Shown here: in pieces, positions 36,749 to 44,569 of the stretch
Layout of the letters: every line of letters begins with the position of its first letter
Position numbering within the stretch: the first letter of the stretch is position 1
Source of the DNA: a virus
Taxonomy: Duplodnaviria; Caudoviricetes
Length of the DNA: 46,810 bases
Virus record (IMG/VR): IMGVR_UViG_3300032303_000909
Span: 1 to 46,810 of that record
Reading direction: 5' to 3' (one strand)
Translations under genes and position numbers: made by a program
The notes under the pieces: generated by a model
Database searches by the model: none
Told to the model about the DNA's origin: nothing
Seen by the model: the letters and a program-made list of their open reading frames with translations, nothing else

Positions 36749-37546
36749 ATGGCACCTAAAAGAATTTTAATAATGGGTCTCCCGGGTGCGGGAAAAACAT
36801 ATCTAGCACAGCATATTGTAGATCATCTGCAGGCAGAAAAGAAACGTGTAGGTTGGTTAAACGCCGACGATGTTCGCAAGAAATATAATGATTGGGACTT
36901 TAGCACAGAAGGTCGTATTCGTCAAAGTCATCGTATGCGTGAACTAGCCGATGCAATGACTGGTACGGATTATGTTATCTGTGATTTTGTTGCTCCATTG
37001 GTCGAAATGCGTAACAACTTTAAAGCAGATTGGACTGTCTGGGTTGACACTATAGACAAAGGTCGTTATGAAGATACTAATAAAGCATTTATTCCTCCAG
37101 AAGTTTATGATTTTAGAATCACAGAACAAAATGCTAAAAAATGGGGCGAGTTCGTTGCCGCGCATATTGTAGACAATCGTAGACGTCCTGTATTTGATTG
37201 GAAGAAACCTACAGTACAAATGTTAGGTCGTTGGCAACCTTGGCATCAAGGACATCGTGCTTTATTCGATCGTGCTATTGCTAAAACAGGACAAGTTGTT
37301 ATTCAAATCCGTGATTGCCAGGGTTGGAACAATACGAACCCTTTTGCCATAGAACAAGTAAAAAACTTTATTAAACGAGATCTTGATATGTTATACCAAG
37401 GCCAATATGAGATACAAATTGTCCCAAACATTGTAAATATCACATACGGGCGTGACGTAGGCTACACAATAGAACAAGAAAGTTTTGATAAATCTATTAC
37501 AGATATTTCTGCTACAAAAATCCGAAAAGATTTAGGACTTGAATAA
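36749..37546 (+). CDS. adenylyl-sulfate kinase-like domain fused to HxGH nucleotidyltransferase domain
   Basis: GLPGAGKT, NADDVR, FS.EGR, FVAP then GRWQPWHQGH...ISATKIR. Confidence 0.8.
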   Translation: MAPKRILIMGLPGAGKTYLAQHIVDHLQAEKKRVGWLNADDVRKKYNDWDFSTEGRIRQSHRMRELADAMTGTDYVICDFVAPLVEMRNNFKADWTVWVDTIDKGRYEDTNKAFIPPEVYDFRITEQNAKKWGEFVAAHIVDNRRRPVFDWKKPTVQMLGRWQPWHQGHRALFDRAIAKTGQVVIQIRDCQGWNNTNPFAIEQVKNFIKRDLDMLYQGQYEIQIVPNIVNITYGRDVGYTIEQESFDKSITDISATKIRKDLGLE

Positions 37547-37547
37547 A

Positions 37548-37697
37548 GTGTGGCGCATTTGGGTAAAAGCGTTAGGTGAGAAGGCAGGCAATACAGATCA
37601 AGAAGCCGACCGTATTGCTTGCATTCGAACAGTTATTGTGTTATCTTATATCATAACAAACTGTTTTATTATAGCAGGCGTTATAAGGCATTGGTAA
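37548..37697 (+). CDS. small membrane protein
   Basis: MWRIWVKALGEKAG...IIAGVIRHW, 49 aa, fills the gap. Confidence 0.6.
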   Translation: MWRIWVKALGEKAGNTDQEADRIACIRTVIVLSYIITNCFIIAGVIRHW

Positions 37698-37700
37698 AGT

Positions 37701-37916
37701 ATGAATAAAAAAATGGAAGAACTTGCTAAACAAGCTGGATTTAAATTAGATGAGTTACCAGATGACATATTCATTCCTTTAGAAAAATTTGCTGAATTAT
37801 TAATTAGAGAAAGCGCCAACCCCGTTAGTAATCTTTATAAACAAGGTGGCGGTACTTGGGGAGAAGTTATTTTAAAATACTTTGATATACCAGTCCGTGT
37901 AAAAGATAAAAAATGA
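37701..37916 (+). CDS. hypothetical protein
   Basis: ELAKQAG...EKFAELLIRE small phage ORF. Confidence 0.65.
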   Translation: MNKKMEELAKQAGFKLDELPDDIFIPLEKFAELLIRESANPVSNLYKQGGGTWGEVILKYFDIPVRVKDKK

Positions 37917-38059
37917 TTGATAAAAATTGGTTAGAACGAATTACAATTGCATACAAAGTATATCCTTATCCTAGCAAAGAAATTGAAAGATTTATAAACT
38001 GGATTTATAAACAGTACGGTATCGAACAACCGAAAGATAAACCAATTAACAAAGTATAA
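37913..38059 (+). CDS. small hypothetical protein
   Basis: MIDKNWLERITIAY..., 48 aa, ATGA overlap. Confidence 0.55.
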   Translation: MIDKNWLERITIAYKVYPYPSKEIERFINWIYKQYGIEQPKDKPINKV

Positions 38060-38063
38060 TATT

Positions 38064-38645
38064 ATGGAAGATTTTATTAGGATATGGCCGGGTAAGGTTA
38101 CTCCCGAAGATTGTCAGTTAACGATCGAAGCGTTTGAACGTGTTATTAGCGATCCCAATTTAACAGCACATGTTCACAATAATGACAAACAATTTAGCAA
38201 CTCAAATTTAGGTCGCAAAGATCTTGGTATATTTTTAGAAACACCTGAATTAAAAATAAACGATTTGGCTAGTAAGTATCTATATTACATACACGATTGT
38301 TTATTAGAATATATGCACGAATTTGGACAATTATCAACTACTAAATTAACCAATAATAAGTGTCTCAAAATGCAGAGAACTCTGCCTATGGGCGGTTATC
38401 ATGTTTGGCACTACGAAAATGGTGATAGACCAGAAGCATATAATAGAGAATTAGTGTGGATGATTTATCTAAATGATATGCCCGAAGGCGAGGGCGAAAC
38501 TGAATTCCTTTACCAAAAGAAACGCATTCGTCCAACGCAAGGAACTGTGGTAATTTGGCCTGCAGGGATGACTCACCCACATCGAGGTTTAACTGTTTAT
38601 ACACAACCAAAATATATTCTAACCGGTTGGTATTCTAAATACTAA
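38064..38645 (+). CDS. 2OG-Fe(II) oxygenase
   Basis: GGYHVWHYE, WMIYLND, GETEF, WPAGMTHPHRG, KYILTGW. Confidence 0.9.
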   Translation: MEDFIRIWPGKVTPEDCQLTIEAFERVISDPNLTAHVHNNDKQFSNSNLGRKDLGIFLETPELKINDLASKYLYYIHDCLLEYMHEFGQLSTTKLTNNKCLKMQRTLPMGGYHVWHYENGDRPEAYNRELVWMIYLNDMPEGEGETEFLYQKKRIRPTQGTVVIWPAGMTHPHRGLTVYTQPKYILTGWYSKY

Positions 38646-38674
38646 TTGACAATCTGCAAAAAATATTGTATAAT
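38646..38674 (+). promoter_or_regulatory. sigma70-type promoter
   Basis: TTGACA-N17-TATAAT. Confidence 0.8.
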
Positions 38675-38679
38675 AATTT

Positions 38680-38949
38680 ATGACACACGGTATTATTGCA
38701 CAAGAAGTCGGAGAGGCATTTTCAGAAATGTTTATTATTAATGATCCACAACCTACTCCGGTATTATCAGTAACTAGTCCTCCTGAAAATAACATCGTAT
38801 TCCATTCTGGTAAATCCGAGACTCTCAAAATTACAGAAGATGGATTTTATGTTAGAGGAGTAAAGGTTCCTGTAGACGACAAAGAAGCAATCACTGTCTA
38901 TAAGGCTTTCAAAGAGTTTTTAGTTTATCACGCACTTACAAGGAATTAA
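38680..38949 (+). CDS. hypothetical protein
   Basis: 89-aa ORF after promoter. Confidence 0.6.
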   Translation: MTHGIIAQEVGEAFSEMFIINDPQPTPVLSVTSPPENNIVFHSGKSETLKITEDGFYVRGVKVPVDDKEAITVYKAFKEFLVYHALTRN

Positions 38950-38950
38950 T

Positions 38951-39127
38951 ATGAGCAATTTTCGAGATTGGTACATTCGCAACCAGGATGCGATCACATG
39001 GTTTATTATTGGAGTATGTTTTATGTCAGGGCTAGGTTCTCTGGCTTCGGGTAATTATACCGGAGCCGCAATCAACTTTGGCATTGCTTTTCTAAATTAC
39101 ATGCTCTCCAACGTTCGACTACGATGA
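38951..39127 (+). CDS. small membrane protein
   Basis: MSNFRDWYIRNQDAITWFIIG..., 58 aa, RBS AAGGA. Confidence 0.6.
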   Translation: MSNFRDWYIRNQDAITWFIIGVCFMSGLGSLASGNYTGAAINFGIAFLNYMLSNVRLR

Positions 39128-39291
39128 CACAGTGGACTGTTACTATCGATGAAGATCCTGAAACAGGTGATCTTATTTTGCCGTTACCCGAAGATATGTT
39201 ACAATTACAAGGGTGGGGCGAAGGTGACATATTAGAATGGATTGACAACGGTAACGGCACATGGTCGTTACAGAAAGTAAAAAATGACTAA
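39124..39291 (+). CDS. AbrB/MazE-like small protein
   Basis: GDLILPLPEDMLQLQGWGEGDILEW swapped-hairpin pattern; 55 aa. Confidence 0.65.
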   Translation: MTQWTVTIDEDPETGDLILPLPEDMLQLQGWGEGDILEWIDNGNGTWSLQKVKND

Positions 39292-40312
39292 GAAAATCGG
39301 CTTTGCCTGTAAGTGGATTGATCACGCAGAGCAAGTAGATGGTATTAAACCCAAAGATGATGCTAAAAAATATAACACAGGTAGCACTACCGTTGCTTGG
39401 TTAAATAGACAGAGCAAAGAAGTTGCAGAACAAAAACTCTATGACCTAATGGTAGGTAACATCGAAAGTGTTCGCAAACTTGTAGAAAAGGTAGGAATAC
39501 TTGATGAAAATCTTAGAATGGTACGACTCGGCAGCGATATCTTGCCTGTGTACACTCAGTCAGATTGGTCTTGGTTTTGGCGGCTTAGCCACGTTAGAGC
39601 CTATTGCGAAAGAGCATTTGGAGCCGTGGGAGCTTTGGCTCGCGAGAGGGGCGTTAGGCTGTCTTTTCACCCTGGCCAGTTTACTGTTCTTGCAAGTGAT
39701 AACCCAGAAATTGTAAATCGTAGTATTGAGGAGTTTGAATATCATGCTGACATGGCACGTTGGATGGGTTATGGCAGAACCTTTCAGGACTTTAAAATCA
39801 ATGTCCACATCGCAGGTCGAGCCGGTCCCGCAGGCATCAAGGCCGCGCTCAAACGGTTATCCCCAGAAGCAAGAAACTGCATCACAATTGAAAACGACGA
39901 AATCTCGTGGGGTATCGATTCGAGCCTAGAGTTAGTCAATGATTGTGCTCTAGTTTTAGACATACATCACCATCATATACACACAGGAGAATATATTGAA
40001 GCAAATGACGACCGTACTAAAAGGATTATTGATAGCTGGCGCGGCGTTCGCCCTGTTATACATTACTCCGTTAGCCGTGAAGACCTACTTGTCGGCCATC
40101 CCCGACACCAACGCCCCTCTCTTGTTTCGCTGATGGAGCAAGGATACAAAAAGGGAAAGCTCAGAGCACATTCTGATTTCTATTGGAATACAGCAGTTAA
40201 CGAATGGGCACTGGGCTTTCTCAACACACATGATATCATGTGTGAAAGCAAAGGGAAGAACTTAGCCAGCTTCGAACTGGCTAAGCAAGGTCGGGCTTTA
40301 GGCCTTCTTTGA
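39284..40312 (+). CDS. uvsE: UV damage endonuclease
   Basis: IGFAC, RLGSD, RLSFHPGQF, IENDE, LDIHHH, HYS, AHSD, MCESKGK. Confidence 0.92.
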   Translation: MTKKIGFACKWIDHAEQVDGIKPKDDAKKYNTGSTTVAWLNRQSKEVAEQKLYDLMVGNIESVRKLVEKVGILDENLRMVRLGSDILPVYTQSDWSWFWRLSHVRAYCERAFGAVGALARERGVRLSFHPGQFTVLASDNPEIVNRSIEEFEYHADMARWMGYGRTFQDFKINVHIAGRAGPAGIKAALKRLSPEARNCITIENDEISWGIDSSLELVNDCALVLDIHHHHIHTGEYIEANDDRTKRIIDSWRGVRPVIHYSVSREDLLVGHPRHQRPSLVSLMEQGYKKGKLRAHSDFYWNTAVNEWALGFLNTHDIMCESKGKNLASFELAKQGRALGLL

Positions 40313-40636
40313 AGTAGTCTTCTTGGCAGCAGCCTTCTTAGCAGGGTCTGCTTTTTTTGCGGCTGGAGCTTCTGCTTTAGGAGCACGTGGTTTACGTGTC
40401 TTCTTAGCGGGAACTTCTTCAACAGTTACACTAGTAGCAACCGCAACTTCTGCTAGTTCAACTGTAGCTTCCTTAATTTCAATAGCTGTTTTAGCTTCTT
40501 CAGCTACTGGTGCAGGTTCTGCAACTAAGGGCGTTTCAACCTTGTGAGGTACTGATGTAATAACTTCTTCCTTTGTACGGAAGAAAAACCAGTATACTAA
40601 ACCGGCTGCAACTACGAGAGCAATAATGATTTCCAT
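40298..40636 (-). CDS. membrane-anchored Ala/Lys/Pro-rich protein
   Basis: N-terminal TM helix, histone-like AKK tail; RBS AAGGA. Confidence 0.75.
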   Translation of the reverse strand: MEIIIALVVAAGLVYWFFFRTKEEVITSVPHKVETPLVAEPAPVAEEAKTAIEIKEATVELAEVAVATSVTVEEVPAKKTRKPRAPKAEAPAAKKADPAKKAAAKKTTSKKA

Positions 40637-40690
40637 TTTAAGGATTCCTTTATAAAAATGTATGTATATTTAACTCTCTATAAATACCAT

Positions 40691-40999
40691 GTGAAAAAAA
40701 TATTCTCTGAATTAACGCAGTTGATAATTCAACGTGCAATAGGCGTATTGTCTAAACTCAGCAAGGAAAACACCGTTCCTGACCAACCAGTACCAACTGC
40801 TGGCAAAATTATTGAACTAGAATTAGACAGCGATCTAAGTCCTGGGGATTTTGGATTTATACTTAATCCAGATGGTAGCTTAAAAAGTCTAATGATTCCG
40901 GAGGATCTCATGGAAGAACCTCCGGAAGAAGTTCAAATAATATTAGAAATGTACGGAATCGATAATGTACATCAGTTAGAGAATAGAATCCTGCACTAA
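40691..40999 (+). CDS. hypothetical acidic protein
   Basis: ORF after TAAATA at 40681; start uncertain. Confidence 0.55.
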   Translation: MKKIFSELTQLIIQRAIGVLSKLSKENTVPDQPVPTAGKIIELELDSDLSPGDFGFILNPDGSLKSLMIPEDLMEEPPEEVQIILEMYGIDNVHQLENRILH

Positions 41000-41052
41000 T
41001 TTATCAGAGCTATTTTAGGTAAATACCTCTATACAAGGTAAACCTAAAGCTC

Positions 41053-44000
41053 ATGACTTCTATCCCATCTTGGATAACTACCGCAGGGTTCTTATTCACT
41101 GCTACAGAACTAGTTTCTACTGCCACTGCATTGGTTGCATCCGGTACAAACATCTCATATACCCTATTATCTGGCAGTTTACCCAGCGGATTGTTACTAT
41201 CATCAACAGGTACAATTTATGGCACACCTATTGCTGTAATAAACACTACTACTAATAAGTTTGTAGTTAGAGCAACTAATACATCGGGTATTGCAGATCG
41301 CACTTTTAAGATAGATGTAACTGGACGCGATAATCCCACATGGAGTACAGCTGAAGGATTTTTAATAGTAGGCGTAAATCAAGAAAATTATGCATTAGAT
41401 AATCAATGGATTGATTATCAACTTTCGGCAACGGCTACAGAAGCACCGACAGGAACTACTATATCTTATTATATTCCCACAAATGGCGGCAAACTACCTC
41501 CGGGATTATCAATGGATAGATTTGGTAGGATTACAGGGTATGTTAACGATACTTTAACCTATGACAGTTTTATTTCCGATACAGGCGGGTACGATGACGA
41601 AAGTTATGATAGTTATACCTACGATCATGATATTGTTGCTCCGCTGGTAGTGTCTGGAGCAACTACACCAGGTATTCCTAAAATATATAGATTTAAAGTT
41701 GTTGCCACAGACGGCATTACTAATTCAGAACGCACGTTTAAAATCATGGTATCGAGTACTGAGATTTTATACAATAATGTATCAGCAATGACTGTTACAG
41801 GAGTTACTGTAACCACTGCCTCTATATATAGTCTACAACCTATGCAATGGTTAAATGGCACAGACTTAGGTATTATTAGAGCCGGCAATAATCATCAAAT
41901 ACCTGTAACAGTTTACAACCCTGCTCCGTATGTTGGCACAGTTACCTACAGTATTGTAACAGGTAGTTCTATTGCTTCTAATCTTCCCGAAGGTCTCTTA
42001 CTTGACACAGAAAAAGGTTATATTTACGGTTACGTTCCTTATCAACCCGCATACACTCGTAGTTATTCTATAACAGTAAAGGCCAGTAAAGAAGGAACAA
42101 TTTATTTTAGGCCCAACAACCCGAATGTTTTAATTCCGCAAAATTATACAACAACCACTAATGCCATTAATACATTTACGTTAGCAATAAAAGGTGAGGT
42201 GGAAAGTACTATAGAGTGGATTTCTACCAACAGTTTGGGTAGTATTGAACTAGGCATAACCAGCGAATTAGCCGTAGTTGCCCGACAACTACAAACTGAC
42301 TACAGCATAAAATATTTGCTAGTCAACGGAACCTTGCCCTCAGGATTAACATTAGAGCGTGATGGTAGTTTATCAGGTCAAGTGGCATATACTGCAAATA
42401 CAGGGACTTATTCTTTTACAGTAGCTGCCAGCGATGTTTACGAATTAAGTACTATAGAAAAACAATTTACGCTGTCTGTTACTGGGACTAAAAAAAATCC
42501 TACAACGATTTATAAAACCGTTACAACATATTCTACAACATCTACATATCACTCAACTGGGACCTCTACAAAGGTTGTATTGCTAACGTCGGGTACAACT
42601 TGGTCAGTTCCTGCAGATTTTACTAGAATTAATTCTGTCGAAATCTGGGGAGCTGGTGGCGCAGGTTCTGCATATCAAGGACACACAGGAGGCGGTGGTG
42701 GTGGATATGCAAAAATAACTAACTTATTAATAACCACGTCCACTATTAGATATTCTATTAATTCATCTACAACAATATTTGGAAGTATTTCTACAAGCTC
42801 TCCGTATATTATTAGCGCAACATCCGGAAAAAGTGGAAGCAATGGTGGTGATGGCGGTGTCGGTTTAATAGGAGCATCCACTGCATCATGGACTTCATCA
42901 ACCACTGCAACTATATTCTACGGTGGCGACGGTGGCATCAGCAACCCAGATGTCTACGGTGGTGGCGGAGTAGGTGGCGGAAGTTCAGGTGGACCGGCAA
43001 GCAATGGCAATAATGGTGATAACATCTACGGGCTAGGTGGAGAAAATGTTAATTCTCTGGGCAGGGGTGTGGGCGGATACGGTGGACGACATGCATTTTA
43101 TACATCGACTACTACAAACAATGATATAAACGGCTGTATATTTGGTGGGGGCGGCGGCGCAGGAGGTATTGGGCAAGGCGCACATTATTACGGTTTAGGT
43201 GGACAAGGTGCAATTGTTATTACATACACCTATACTGGTACACAAACAACTTCATTAATTACAACAACCAGTTCAGTTGCTATAGGTACTGTTACATATA
43301 CTGATAATACATTTACTAAGATCTACGCTAAGCCGTTCTTTACACAACAAAACCGTGACAGATATCGAGATTTTATCTCTAATTTGTTTACATTTGATCC
43401 TAAATTAATCTATAGATACTTTGACACTAATTTCGGTGTACAACATGACATTAAATTAATGTTAGAATTTGGCATAGAACAGATTAACCTAGATGATTAT
43501 ATGCCTGCATTACGTGAAAACTTTTACAGGAAAAAGTTCTATTTTGGCAATATTAAAAAAGCTGTTGCCGCAGATAATGCAGGTACAGTTATCTACGAAG
43601 TTATATACGTAGATATCATAGACGAATTAACCAATAACTCCGGAGTCAGTGTTAACCAATCCGTGGAAAACGGTGCTGATGTGTACTATCCTAGCAGTTT
43701 AGAAAACATGAGAAAACAGCTAGAAGTAATACAATTACAAAATGGAGAGGCTATCAAGGTAAACGAATATAACGAGCCTAAATTTATGCGTACTCCACAA
43801 AACGGAGATTATAGACCACCCGGTTATATTAGAGCCGTGCCGCTATGTTACGCTCTACCCGGACAAGGTGACAAAATTATTAGTCGTATTAAACTCAGCG
43901 GATTTGACTTTAAGCTGTTAGATTTTGAAGTTGATAGACTAATCGTACAAGAAACTGCCGATAGTTCTACAGCTAAATACCTATTATTAGAACGTCAGTC

Positions 44001-44103
44001 GCTGAGAGATAGTATTGCATCAGATAATTACCTATTTGGCACAGACTGGTGGCAATTTGCTCAGCTACCCACTGATAAAACTGACCCTCTAACTAGAGAA
44101 TAA
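41053..44103 (+). CDS. virion structural protein with putative Ig (He_PIG-like) repeats and a Gly-rich domain
   Basis: Repeated GxLPxGLxLxxxGxIxG motifs; Thr-rich; WGAGGAG...GGGGG block; TAAATA at 41020. Confidence 0.8.
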   Translation: MTSIPSWITTAGFLFTATELVSTATALVASGTNISYTLLSGSLPSGLLLSSTGTIYGTPIAVINTTTNKFVVRATNTSGIADRTFKIDVTGRDNPTWSTAEGFLIVGVNQENYALDNQWIDYQLSATATEAPTGTTISYYIPTNGGKLPPGLSMDRFGRITGYVNDTLTYDSFISDTGGYDDESYDSYTYDHDIVAPLVVSGATTPGIPKIYRFKVVATDGITNSERTFKIMVSSTEILYNNVSAMTVTGVTVTTASIYSLQPMQWLNGTDLGIIRAGNNHQIPVTVYNPAPYVGTVTYSIVTGSSIASNLPEGLLLDTEKGYIYGYVPYQPAYTRSYSITVKASKEGTIYFRPNNPNVLIPQNYTTTTNAINTFTLAIKGEVESTIEWISTNSLGSIELGITSELAVVARQLQTDYSIKYLLVNGTLPSGLTLERDGSLSGQVAYTANTGTYSFTVAASDVYELSTIEKQFTLSVTGTKKNPTTIYKTVTTYSTTSTYHSTGTSTKVVLLTSGTTWSVPADFTRINSVEIWGAGGAGSAYQGHTGGGGGGYAKITNLLITTSTIRYSINSSTTIFGSISTSSPYIISATSGKSGSNGGDGGVGLIGASTASWTSSTTATIFYGGDGGISNPDVYGGGGVGGGSSGGPASNGNNGDNIYGLGGENVNSLGRGVGGYGGRHAFYTSTTTNNDINGCIFGGGGGAGGIGQGAHYYGLGGQGAIVITYTYTGTQTTSLITTTSSVAIGTVTYTDNTFTKIYAKPFFTQQNRDRYRDFISNLFTFDPKLIYRYFDTNFGVQHDIKLMLEFGIEQINLDDYMPALRENFYRKKFYFGNIKKAVAADNAGTVIYEVIYVDIIDELTNNSGVSVNQSVENGADVYYPSSLENMRKQLEVIQLQNGEAIKVNEYNEPKFMRTPQNGDYRPPGYIRAVPLCYALPGQGDKIISRIKLSGFDFKLLDFEVDRLIVQETADSSTAKYLLLERQSLRDSIASDNYLFGTDWWQFAQLPTDKTDPLTRE

Positions 44104-44106
44104 CAC

Positions 44107-44511
44107 ATGACCACTATTAACAAATTACCTCAATTAAGCAGTACAGCCACTGATGTGCTAATTCCCGTAGTTGATCGTGCTGACAACAGGACTAAACAAA
44201 TGGCACTGTCACAGCTAACTACCCTAGCAAAAGGTGATACAGGTCCTAGTGGTCCTAGAGGATTAGACGGTATTACAGGACTCAGTGGTCCGCAAGGCCC
44301 ATCAGGTGCAGCCAGTACAGTAAGTGGTCCACAAGGCCCGTCAGGACCATCTGGTCCATCTGTTGTTGCAAATAGCGGCACCGTAGCACATTCAACTAGT
44401 ACCGGAATTGCGGGATCAATGTTATATAACACTAATTACCTGTATGTTTGTGTAGCAACAAACACCTGGATTAGATTAGGAAATACTGCAACAAATATCA
44501 CAATTTGGTAA
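44107..44511 (+). CDS. short collagen-repeat fibre protein
   Basis: G-X-Y repeats and YLYVCVATNTWIR C-terminus. Confidence 0.8.
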   Translation: MTTINKLPQLSSTATDVLIPVVDRADNRTKQMALSQLTTLAKGDTGPSGPRGLDGITGLSGPQGPSGAASTVSGPQGPSGPSGPSVVANSGTVAHSTSTGIAGSMLYNTNYLYVCVATNTWIRLGNTATNITIW

Positions 44512-44569
44512 TTCACTACTTTTTAATTTAATAAATACACTATTGCATATATGATAGGTACCTATACAA

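Noticed and set aside
39124-39291. Toxin-antitoxin pair around the AbrB/MazE-like ORF
   Set aside because: The neighbours are a small membrane protein and UvsE; no toxin-like ORF is adjacent.
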